NCBI GenBank assembly: GCA_973895155.1
Contig: OZ316894.1
Coordinates: forward strand, 10,030,379 to 10,094,378
DNA from: Marsupella aquatica
Taxonomy: Eukaryota; Plantae; Marchantiophyta
Length of the DNA stretch: 64,000 nt
Reading direction: 5' to 3'
The notes below the pieces were generated by a model that did no database searches, was not told the DNA's origin, and saw only the letters and a program-made list of their open reading frames with translations. Each line of letters begins with the position of its first letter. The stretch's first letter is position 1. Both the position numbers and the translations under genes were made by a program. Shown here piece by piece: positions 23,399 through 35,030 of the stretch.

Positions 23399-25899
23399 GG
23401 GCGATGATATTTTCTGCATGTCGGCACGTAAACGTGATGCGCAAAGTGAGATTTCATTCGTAGGCAGAGGCAGCCAAACAAGATCCGAGAATATCCGCAA
23501 AAGCGCACCTCCCTTCAGAATTTGGAGTGAATGTCTCATCAAGTGGAAAGCAGAGCAGGTTGAGGAACGTAAAAAGAACTGCGGGAACGTTCGTGAACCT
23601 GAATTTGGAGGCATGGTGGATGCGATGAATGGCTTTGGAGGAATGCTAGAGGCAACCGCGTGGCTTCCTTTGGCTGTGGCCACCAAGAATAATGGCGGGA
23701 TCGATCGGTCCAATTTTTCTTATTTCGAAGGTCAGGTGATGGGTGCCTCGATCACTGTCAAGTGTTACAGTTGACCGGATACGAAATTCCAATTGTAAGT
23801 ACTGGAATTCGGTTGAAAAAAGAAAAAAAATCCATTGAAAGAATTGCAAATTGATAGGATATGAAACTCCAAGTGGAAGTACTACTGCAACTGATCGGAT
23901 ACGGAAATCGTCTGTCATGGTTGCGGCGAAAGCAGACACCGGTGTCTTCGGAGCTTTTCGCGGACCTCTAGGGACGCGACCGGGTCACTGGACCTTTCGG
24001 GCTCGCTGATGAAGTGCAGAAGTGGGGTAGTCACTGTAAGGACGCCCAGACTATTGCTGGACCTTTCGCGCGTTGTATATTACAGGAGTGGGGTCCTCAG
24101 GGCTTTCGTGTTTTGCCAAACTAGTGCGGACGACGGAGGATTTGTCCCGTCGCATGTGAGATCCTTCTTCCGGGAAAATGCGTACAAAGACGAGAGCTTG
24201 GTAAATCGTAGGTACGATAAAGGAGAGCAGAAGACAGGAAATATGACCATGGTTAGAACAGAAACTCACTGGACTTTTCAGGAAATAGGGAAAAATCTCA
24301 ATCCGCAAATCACATTGTGCATTGTAACATTCAATATGGTAACTGTCACTCACTTTCATCCCGAGATAGCCGGGAATTTGAAGAGTAAGGTGACAAAGAA
24401 ACGAGCGAGAAACTGAAAACTCCACAGGATGGTAGGATGTAAGATTTTACCACCTTCGACTGGTTCGAAAGTGCTAAGTAAAAGTGCAAGCGAAAGATAA
24501 TGGTCAGAATGAGAAAGCTTTTGCGCTGAGAAACTTGTTACACCATTGAACCTCTTCAGCTATGGGACCCGCTATGGGACCCGCTTGACATATTGCGCCG
24601 GATACGTTACCAGGACTTTTACTACTCGTTCAGTGATTAAACAGTTTCCAATAGGCTCCGCGTTTGGAATCATGAAACCTTGCCTTCGATGAAGTTTTCA
24701 ATATGCTGATTGTCCCAACGAAATACTCCCAAACGCCCTTGGATAGAGACTAGCCTTCAATTTCGATGACGTGTGCACCACATACAATCTTTTGACAAAA
24801 CAGGGAAAAATTTAGAAGCAGACGACAGAACCGGACTATTTGCAGGCAGGCAACTCTGCTTGAGACCCTCCATGGGGTCAAAGCGAACGGAGCATGATTT
24901 ATGAACATAATTCAAAACAAGCTCAAAGCGAAAGAGCAACCTTAATGAACATATTTCAGAGCACTTGAACAATCAGCGGAACGGAAGAGCTCCACTAACC
25001 GATACGAACAGGCCTCCTAATTGGAAGTGATCGAAAGCAGAATCAACAATGATTGATTGTAATACATAATATAGTGGTAACTTGACGCCAATCATTCAGC
25101 AATGGTGTAAAGACATCAGAGCTTTGAAAGGTAAACTATCAGAACCTCTACTCTCGAGAAGAAATTGAAGCCAAGTGCATCACACTGCGTCAGAGACCAT
25201 CAGAGTGCGATAGTTCCACTAGTCCTCTCATCGCAGTTGGGACAATACAAGGTCCTTGAACCAAAACAGGGCAAGTAGACCAGCCCATAACATAATCATC
25301 AGATGCGACTAAAGGAAGTTCAGAAAAGCTGTCAGTTATGTCCGCTCTTTATTCCAATCATTCGACAAATATTGCCAAATTGACGAATTATTCTCATCCT
25401 CTTCGAGGATATGGGGGGAAATTGCTATTCCCGACCTGTGATCGATCTTAATCGCCCGATAGTTATCAATTCGGATGGTATGTACAAGACTTCGAAAGAA
25501 TATATCTACACTGAGGTGGATGATCCAACATGGGTAGCGAGGTTTCGTAACTACAAATTAAACCTCCCTCACAATCCGTGCCGTGAGTTATGTACAAATG
25601 TTAACTGTACAAATATTAACAGAAAGCCCTCGCCTCTACTGGCTTACTTTTATGTACAATCTATCGTCGCCTACAAGATGAGGGCCAAACTGTTCGACCG
25701 CCTGTCTCATGTCCCGTCCTTCGCACCTTCAAAGAGCATTCAAAATGGGTGGGGAAGTTGCTCAAAAAACGCATTCTTCCCACGTCGAGTACACATAATT
25801 TTCCGCCGAGCCCTGTTGTGATTACAATCATCGAACTTCCCCGGCGAATATCACGTCTCTTTATATTACAAGAAAGTCATTCCGGTACTCCGCCATGTA

Positions 25900-26914
25900 C
25901 TAGGGGTAGTGATTGACGTGAGAAGAATAATCCCGGGTTCCTGCTCCCTCCCAACCCATCCATTCTTCCCACTCATCCCAGGAGTCATCTCCTACTCCCA
26001 TACATCCTTCCACATACTCATCCGAGCTGTCACTGTCATCGCTCAACGGAGGGAGACCTTTCATTGCGCGCTGCACACCAAGTGCCATAGTAATGTCAGA
26101 AACATATCTCGTGGGTTACAAAACAAAATCTCCCTTCCAGAAGGCCAATCTCACAAGAGTGCCTGTGGTAATGGGCATAACCAAACGCATACAATAAGAT
26201 ACAACTTCCACTAAAAGCAAGAGCCCAACCCCAGACTATCACCACGGCGGGCTATAAACTCAAATGAGGAGTATTGGAAGCAGGTCCCATCCTTCCGATC
26301 AACTGAACATTTTCTTCAAGTTAGAAAGTGTCAAAGCACGTGGTCCAAGCTCACCTCGTACGCAGCGGTGATGTGCATAAATGTCATTGTGCAGGAATCG
26401 CCTTTGCATACATCTGGATGATACTGCACAAAGCAAAGAAATTCTGTTAGATTTCGACCCGATGCGGAGGGATGAGAAGCAGCGACAGAGTACACATTGC
26501 GTGTCATAATTCACTAGACAAATGGACGACAACAAATTCGACCCAAGGTGGCAGGGACGATAATTATCAGAAACAGAGCTACGGATTGCAAGGATGACGA
26601 GTCGAAAGCGGGCTTACCTGTAGGGCCAGTCGCCGGTAAGCACTCTTTATTTCGCGCTTAGATGCGCCGAGAGAGACTCCAAGGATGGCAAAATGATCGG
26701 TATCAGCAGCTACCTCGGTGACATAAGCTTTAGGAGGGCTTCTACTTTGTCTTCTCTTCTCACTGTAAAACGCTTGCTCGCCACCATACCGATGTCTCGT
26801 CCGGGGAATAGCACACGGAAGCGCCTCGCCAAGAAATGGGCTCATGCTACGTCCAGTGACTCCAACTCCGGCACTGCAGTACCCGCCCGGTAGATTGACT
26901 ACACTCTGCGCCAT
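25900..26914 (-). CDS. J8: Chloroplast small J-domain protein, DnaJ 8 (AtJ8/DJC22-like), 178 aa
   Basis: Exons 26914-26618, 26423-26355 and 26070-25900 (GT-AG, all phase 0). Transit-peptide-like N-terminus, J domain (DHFAILGV...[11 protein letters not shown]|YHPDVC) and C-terminal [20 protein letters not shown], which I recall as the signature of Arabidopsis J8. Confidence 0.95.
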
Positions 26915-29052
26915 GACTGTGATCTTCTCCAATTCGGATCTCTAGTCTGGAGAAATGCTCAAGGCCTCGACTCGGACACTCTATCGTTCACCCAAGTCGC
27001 ACTCGTGAGGAAACGCGAGAGGAAGCTCTGCCTTCTCGTTCTCTTGAAGCTGCTTTCTGACTGAAGAACCTCAACTCCGGGTCAAGTCCTCCTCTACGCT
27101 ACAAAAAGAAGCCTGCGTCTTTCTCTCAATAGATCTTCTCAAAAAGTTATTCGTCCCACGACAATCCACCAATCTCTTCTCTCTCCTCCCACTCTCCTTA
27201 CTTTCCCTGCTTCCAATCTCAATTCTGTGTTCTCCTTTAAGCGGGGCCACTCTCATATAAACAAAACAGCTCTGTCGGGATCCCACAAAGATGGAATGCT
27301 TTAGACTTTTGTGGACTAATAATCTATTACTTTGTCAGACAGTTCCCCACGCAGCTTTCCCCACTCTCTGATTCGAGAGTCACCAAAGTCCTTTGGTGTG
27401 CTGAGTGCCCGGTACGTCGCGAATGGATTACCGTAACACTCTGCTGACCAGAGCCTAAGACCAGTAGCTGCACTACCACCAAAATCTGCACCTAAACTTA
27501 TCCCGTAAGAAAGCTTCTCCGGTCACCACAGATGGCCGAGTCCAGTCGTACAAGGTCGAAGAATCTACCCTTGCTAGAAACGTTTCGCGAATGCGGGCAC
27601 GAGGCCAAGAACACGCATTCCGATGCGCTTCCTATGCGGGAAATTGAGCAGCGCGGTGGAGAGGGTGATGTTACTCGTGACTCGTGAGAGTGAAGTAGTC
27701 CATAGCCTTGTGGGTCCACATTGGGCATCCCTGCACGAGAATTTTACTCCCGCTACTCTAGCCGGATCGTCGCTAGTCTACAGGTACTTGATTGATTTGG
27801 TGATAAGAGAGACTGATGTGGTGAGAAAATCTCAAACTCACTGATGTGGTGAGTGGACTGTGACTGGATCGGAAAGAAATTTAGTGAGTAACCGAATGAA
27901 CCCCTCCATCCTTTATTCGTTCCGTCGCTGACGATCGGCCCCTAAACTCCTCACCGGGCCCCCAGCCGGTAAACTGCCCTGCGACCTTGCGTGGGCCCCC
28001 CAGAACAGTGACTCCGCCCGTCCTCCCTCTCTTCTCGTTAGAGGCACCTTCCCGCCCCGTAACTGCCAGCTCGTCTCTCCGGTCCGCATTTTCCACCTTC
28101 ATCACATCTCCCACCGTCGCCACTTCCATCATTGACGGTCTGGATTGGATTCTCGAGGAAGTACTTCCCTGACTTACTACAGAAGCCGGAGGGCTGAAAA
28201 GGGCACGGGAAACACGTCATTACTCATAATTATAGTTAATTAATCACTTTGGACGGCTCAGATTAGAGAAGATAGATACGTGGACAGCAGAAGCGAAGAG
28301 CTGCCAGAACTTGTTTAATTTTTAAATTACCCTTGTCCTAGTTACCCACGGGAACGGAGTGACGGACCCCTCTTCACGACGGGCATGAGTCTCTGAGAAG
28401 TCGCTACAAGACCTTACTGTAGGCTCGGGGAGCTAGTCGCGATCCGCCACGTAGGGAGGCGGCGTAACTGACCAAGTAAACCTGGTTACCGCGCACCAGC
28501 AGCGAACTTATCCACAAGAACAGCCAAAGCTGAGAGCCCCTCTAAACCTAGACCTGACGGGTAAAAAGTTCGATTCCCCACCAGCCGCGAAGTTATCCAC
28601 AACAATAGCCAGAGCTGCGCTCCTCCAAATACGACATGTGGCTAGGGGCCAGCGGTTGGAACAGCCAGTCAGGATAAGCTTCCCCACGAATGAGTCCATG
28701 TCAGCGTTTGCACTCTTTCGCCTTCTGACGCCGTCAGATGGGCCGTCCGATTCCCACGGCAATCATGAACCAATTGCGTGACTGGAGGATGCAGCGCAGT
28801 CATCGTCGGACGCCCTCAGTTGGCGATTGAGGAATCGCCGTGACGCCGTCCAACGTTTTCTGTCGGCAGTGGACGCGATCCAGTCAGGCCAGCTTCCTTT
28901 TGCTCTTCGGTCTACCGTCGCTTGCGTGACGTGCCGTCTCAAGTCCACTGCGGACGAGGTCTTGTCGAACTTCCGCTACAGCAACGGTAAAACCCGTTTC
29001 CCTTCAACCGACAGTCGCTCTACGGGTTGTGACGTGTGTAGAGAGATATTAT

Positions 29053-29300
29053 TAGGGTGTCTTAAAGTTGACAGTTACTGATTCTTATTGGATTAGTTTC
29101 GGCGGCCGTAGTTTTCACGCGGTTGTGTAAAACTTTATTTATTCATTAGCCTCTATAGTCATTTATGGTCATGGTATATGATTAATTTTTATGACAAAAA
29201 GTTATCGTTCACTAATTTGGAACTAGGTTAATTTTCTTATTCTTTGTAACCCTAATTTCTAAGTTGAAGTCCGTCAAGTTTTCTGATTTAAGACCCCGTA
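29053..29300. mobile_element. Probable degenerate MITE (TA-flanked, AT-rich)
   Basis: Imperfect TIR TAGGGTGTCTTAAA / TTTAAGACCCCGTA (12/14). A related end, TAGGGTGTCTTAGAGCTGAC, occurs at ~39261. Confidence 0.5.
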
Positions 29301-30830
29301 TTACTATGGCAATACTTGGACACACTATTGGAAATCAAATTTTGTAGGTACTCAGCAAGTTGTCCCTGGAAAATCATTTACTGGATTTTGGTTTTTTGCT
29401 GTCCACAAAACCGAACTATTATCATTTTTTTAAGTGTCAAGAGCATTGTCTGAACCCTCACTTTGGGGTGGGGGGTGTGTTAAAGCAGTGTTCCTCAAGG
29501 GGGTATCTAGCTCTACATCTCTGCTTCCCACACTGAATGTCTACCACAACACCCATAACCTGTTGGATGCTCATTGAGCTCCCATTATTTATCTTGATAT
29601 CATGTGTGCACCCTTTGGGCACCAACCTGCAGGCAGCAGGCAAGGACAGTCTGACAGTGCCATAAATTATTTTCCAGGCATCCATCGCCCAAAATGTGTC
29701 ATTCTAGTGCACACAGAATTAATCATTTCCCCTTATTTGAAATTTAAACCCAGTGTAATCATTGAGAATATGCTTACACCAGGATACTTAGAATATTCTT
29801 GAAACTTACATGTCTAGGAACATTGGTGCAGTTGAGGCAGAGATGGCCAAACCATCTCAAGCCACATGGACCGTGCCTTTTCACCTTCCATTGACACCAT
29901 TCTAGTTTTACTAATTTTGATAGCAAGATGTGATACTCAATATCTCTCTACATATTGGCTTTTTGGGCTCTTTAGAAGCTGCTGGGAAGATCTTGGCAAT
30001 GAGTCTAGTGTTGTCCATTTGATAATCAAGAGTCAAGAGACCTACAAATTTCCTAAAATGACTGTAGTTTAGTTCTCACATTTCACTCAGCTGTGTGATC
30101 TGGACCTGTATGCAAGAAAAGAGGGTTTTGCTTCAGTCCATCCCGTTGCAAAAAGTGTGCCTTTGGCAAACATGCGAGGTCTATCACAGGGCTTCAATTT
30201 CCAAAATTCTTTCACAAGGACCTTAAAACATTTTGTAAGTGGGCCCAAAATTTTAACGATTATCCATTCATCGCACGATTTTACATGGCACTACAAAATT
30301 AGGATTGTACCCATGTATTTTTGGCCTTGTTTCCCATTCTGTGATCTTGCCTCGAATACAAAATACTGTAGTAGTCTACTGCTTAGAAACGTGGTGGAAT
30401 CTCCCCATGGTTTTCTGTGCCCCTGCCTAGTGCAGTACCCAATGGGTGGAAAGTGGAAAATGTAAAGTGGAAACGTGCTGGGATTTCCGTGTTTGTCGGT
30501 CCAGCTGACTCGTAGGGTACGTTTCTTCTGATGTAAAGTGCAAAACAAATTCCTTGTTTAGGTGTGTCCTCACCTCTCTGAATTTTGCTTTTATAATTAT
30601 AATACTCTTAATCTATTATATCCGTCCTGATTTTAACAACGGAATCATGGACTTGCAACTATGATTCAATCCCACATAAGCCAAACTTTACTGGATTATG
30701 AACGTTGTTGACTCCACCTGATTTAGATCCTCTTGTGATTGCGGAATTAAAGGTCTTGCTAGTGCGCTGAGTATGTGCAAGGTATACACGGGGGATATCC
30801 CTTGTCAATCAAAATTTTGTCCCTCTACCT

Positions 30831-30956
30831 AGATAATAACCCAAAAACTTTTACTGCCGCCCTCCAAGCAGATAGTCACCCAAAATAATTTGCTCACATT
30901 CTCCAAACAGATAGTCACCCGAAATTTTCCACTCCCGCTCTCCAAATAGATGGTCA
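30831..30956. repeat. ~39-bp tandem repeat x3+
   Basis: Repeated CTCCAA.CAGATAGTCACCC.AAA. Confidence 0.8.
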
Positions 30957-31058
30957 AGGATTTCTCCCATGCACCTCATTATTAGGGTGTGTCAAAATAG
31001 CATCATAACTCAGATACTGTCAAGGTCATATTGTACCAGCTCAATACTTGTGCGTTGC

Positions 31059-31840
31059 ACAAAAGATGTCGTGGCAGCCAAGATGTTGTTCAGAACAAAA
31101 GAGGTCGTGTCAACCAAGACGTTGTTGAGAATAAGTTGTTGTGTCGGCCAAGAGGCTCGGGGGCCTCAATCCAAGGGGTGTCCCATATCACGCTCGAAGT
31201 TTTGGGCAATAAACACCCTAAAAGTTAAGTCAATAAAGTTTTTTTTAGGAATTTGTTAACCCCTAACTTAATGGAATATTCCAAAAATATTCTCATATTT
31301 GATTAAAAAACTTTGTGATTCTTATAATTCCTCAAAATTTGATTAAAATAACCCTAGTGTTCTTCAACAAAAATTTAAAAGTATTTCACTAAACCCAATA
31401 AACAAATCCTATACTTATTCACGCGTGATGGGTCGAAAGAAAAGAAGTGAGGACCCCGGGCCAAGAGGTCGTTGAGAAGAAAGATGTCACGTCGCCCAAG
31501 ATGTTGTTGAGAACAAAAGATGTCGTGTTGGCCAAGATGCCGGTGATAACAAAAGATTTAGTGTCGGCCAAGTTGTTGAGAACAAAAGATATCGTGAAGA
31601 AAATACCCGTGTGTTGCACAATAGATGTCATGAAGAAAAAGATGTTGTTAAGAAAAAATATGTCATGTTGCCTAAGATGTTATTAAGAAAAAAGATGTCG
31701 TGTCATCTAAGATGTCATTAAGAAAAACAGACGTTTTGTCACCCAAGCTATTGTAATTTAAGAAAAAAGATGTTGTGTCATCCAAGATGCCGTTAAGAAA
31801 AAAAATGTGGTGTTGCATAAGATGTTCTTAAGAAAAAGAC
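31059..31840. repeat. 36-bp minisatellite (AAGATGTTGTTGAGAACAAAAGATGTCGTGTTGGCC-like), interrupted by a MITE
   Basis: About 3 units before 31156 and about 10 increasingly divergent units after 31460. Confidence 0.88.
31156..31460. mobile_element. 305-bp MITE with 8-bp TSD inserted into the minisatellite
   Basis: TIRs CTCGGGGGCCTCA / TGAGGACCCCGGG (11/13), inner inverted CCCAT(AT)CACGC / GCGTGATGGG, perfect TSD CCAAGAGG (31148-31155 and 31461-31468), AT-rich interior. Confidence 0.88.
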
Positions 31841-33080
31841 TGTCGCACAAAAAGGGGCGCAGAAAATGAGTAACAACAACCACAAACTATCACCGGTTAA
31901 GAATGATGTTGTCTTTGTATTTTTCATTTTTTAATTCCTTGTAAACCTTTTAAAATGGGAAGAAAATGCACATGATGAAGCTTTAGTTATTGCCCTCAAT
32001 GTGTTGCCATTTCATTCAAAAATATATCCATTTTTTATTGTACTTGTTTTCTTGGAGCAAGTACCAAGTGGAGGGGCGAGTCCAGACTGAGTTCATTGTA
32101 TGTTCATTGTATAGCACATGCAAATACACTAAACTGTAGATAAGTGACACTCTCACTATCCGATTGCACTAATTTGTTTTTCCATTCCTTGATAAGTGCA
32201 CATCCTCTAAAATTTTCACTTAGTAATAAATGGCATCTCCACAGGTGAGCAACCGTGTGACTCATTACACAAAATGTAAATACTTGTCCTAAATTTGATG
32301 TCCATAAGTCCAAATTTTCCTTTACTAAAAAAGGGTGTGCACTTATCATTAAATGCAATCTCATTGGATTGTGTGCTTACTGATAAGTGTACCATCTTTC
32401 TTAGTTTGAGTACAAAATGCACTTATAAATTGTTTTGCACCTATTAAAGTTATCATTTAGCCAAATGATTTGATATCTATTTGGCCTTAGAAAAGGTGAA
32501 AAAAATGCAAACTTTTTGTATGTAAAATGAGAAGAAAGAATAGGATGTCTTCTACTAAACCAAATTGGCTCTTGGACAGAACCAATTGTACATTGGGGAT
32601 AAATACATTGTGTCAGGGTATGTACTTGCAAGTACAATGGGAAGATAGAGGGGACAATCCATTGGCCTATTATAGGGAAAGTACGGAGGGAAGAATAGAA
32701 AATATTGTGTGTACTTGTTTTACAAGGTTTGATTAATTTATTTATTCTATACTAAGTTTGGCTAATTTGTTTCTTCTATACTAAATTTAACACAGAAACT
32801 CTGCAAATTCAAATGAAGACCACGTAGAAAAAGGACACAAGTCTTTATTATAGTTCTTGATTATGGCCAGGACACAAGTACTTTTGGGGTACTTAATTAC
32901 AAACCCCATAAGAAAAGTTTTGGCCAATAGACTTTACTTGTGGCTATCCGTGTGTCATGCCCTAATGTCCACACAGAACCCAATGGACCCACGGCCTAGG
33001 GTTTCACCGAAGGTCATGAACAATGCCTTCCTTGCAAGTTATAGTATACCATATACTATACAATATACTATAGAGTATAG

Positions 33081-33098
33081 ATATATATATATATATAT
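33081..33098. repeat. (AT)9 microsatellite
   Basis: Directly visible. Confidence 0.9.
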
Positions 33099-34223
33099 GT
33101 AAGTAAAGAGAATTAAATGTTCCCTGACCCACGAAATGAAAATATAAAATACTATAAAGATGGCAATAAATTGCAATAATTGATGAAGAACGTCAATAGG
33201 ATGTTTTATTGGTTTACCTTGCCATCAAAAGGAAACAGAAAGGTGACGCATAATCGATCAACATTCCATCTTGTCAACCATTTTTTTCTTGTTTTAAAAA
33301 ATTAGCCAAGGTGGAGACTGCTTTACTATACGCACAGACAGGCAGAGGACAGGTTATGAAGTACTGACACTTAATCATTTCCTAACGAGAGTGCTTTCTG
33401 GCTAATGCTTTTCGACAGTGAATTTGTTAGTGGCGAATTGAAAGATTTTTAAAAGTTTTAGCCTGTGTATCATTGCCAGCTTATTTTTTAGGCTACTGAT
33501 TGGCCAATTTTGGCATAACAAAAAATGGCTGCTTCCTGCTCTGGTGCCGATGCCGTGAATTTTTTCCCTTTCGGTTTTGCCGGAAGGCCCTGCCCTGCTC
33601 TGAGAAAGCTGTAGCTGGATAATTGTGTCCGCTTCAGTAGAGCCTATGGAGTTACACTACCGTATCATTCCACTGTACGTACTACGTATTCTCATTACTG
33701 CTTAGGATTGGCTGAATTAGCAGGAGGTACCCATTGGAGGTTCAAAAGGCTACATACATACAGTAGGGAGTGTCAATGATTGCGAGAGATATTCTTGATG
33801 GACCCCTTCTAAAACATTTAGGGGCTGACCAAGGGGTCACATGTGAAGACATTCATGTTAATGCCTTCTATTTAGTAAACTCATTCTTTGAGTGAAGATA
33901 GAATGAGAACAAATATCAACATGCATGATCATCATTTTGATTTACCATACATCACATTCTGTTCTCAATATATATATTTATATTTATATTTGGTGGGGCC
34001 CTAGAGTTAAGGTCTAAAGGCTTTACTCTATAAACTAGCATAAACCTCAACTCTAGCTTCTATTCTCAAATTAGTAGGAACATTAGCCCCACCCAAACCC
34101 CATGGGTGAGTAAAAACTACTCTAGCTGAAGGAAAATCCTAAGTGTGACCTGAATATAAGCTCCACATCGTCTTCCAAAACCACCAATGTTGGCCATTTA
34201 CCCCCACCCTGAACAATATGAGT

Positions 34224-34380
34224 GAGCACAAAACAGCATGGGTAACTTTCATCTTGGTGATGGTCCCACTGCATATTTAACGATGTGGTGAAACAGTGAA
34301 GGAGCACAAAACAGCATGGGTAACTTTCATCTTGGTGATGGTCCCACTGCATATTTAACGATGTGGTGAAACAGTGAAGG
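34224..34380. repeat. Perfect 78-bp tandem duplication
   Basis: GAGCACAAAACAGCATGGG...GTGAAACAGTGAAG starts at 34224 and again at 34302. Confidence 0.95.
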
Positions 34381-34764
34381 CACCTGTGTGCAGTGACATG
34401 GTAAAGCACAATAATTGGGCCGGAAGCTGTGCAGATTTGCCTTTTAGAAGAACTCAGTATAAGGCGCATCAAAAGGGGGTCGACTGAGTGAAAACATTTC
34501 ATGGGGGCTGATCAAGGAAACTGTTTTGGTGGTTCATCAAGGAGGTATTTGCTTGATCGACCTCCAAAATGAAACTTGTTACTTGATGAACCCCCTGAGG
34601 TCTATCAACGTCCAGATCTGAGGTAGAAAGGTCCATCAACGGTCCAGATTGGGGAAAAGTATCGAGGGGTTGATTAAGCAAACTTTTTCTAGAAGGGGGT
34701 CTACTAAGCATATCTCTTGTTCATCAAGCATATCCCTCCAATGATGGAGTGTGAAGATTTCCCA

Positions 34765-35030
34765 CCAAATTCTTCCCAACAAAGTGTTCTATTATTGGTC
34801 TCCTTCCGAGAAAATAAATAAAATGGGGATCAACTTTGACCCAACACTTAATTGCACTGTGATAGTTCTTACGGGTCTTGATTACAACCATTGTCAGATA
34901 GAAAAAGGATCACCTCATTCCCCCTCAAACCTTGAACATGTATCCTTAGTAGCTTTTCCAGAGGCATGGTTGACGAGGTGGTTGACCACTCATAGTACTT
35001 TCTCAGAAAGCCCCGCCAGTGTTAGGCTCG
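34765..35030 (-). mobile_element. Probable Ty3/Gypsy retrotransposon aspartic-protease relic
   Basis: The minus strand reads ...NTGGAF* (degenerate DTGA) and later TITVQLSVGSKLIPILFIFSEGDQ**NTLLGRIW, resembling the retropepsin C-terminal YN.LLGR.W motif. Multiple stops and frameshifts. Confidence 0.45.

Noticed and set aside
23300-23600. Telomerase RNA candidate (CTAAACCCT template-like sequence)
   Set aside because: No TATA/USE resembling the U6 promoter upstream, no recognisable plant TR conserved regions, and the repeat is longer than a typical template.
23418-25821. ORFs of 118-136 aa (23418, 24009, 24051, 25411)
   Set aside because: No domain motifs or splice-supported structure; 25411-25821 is antisense to the probable J8 3'UTR.
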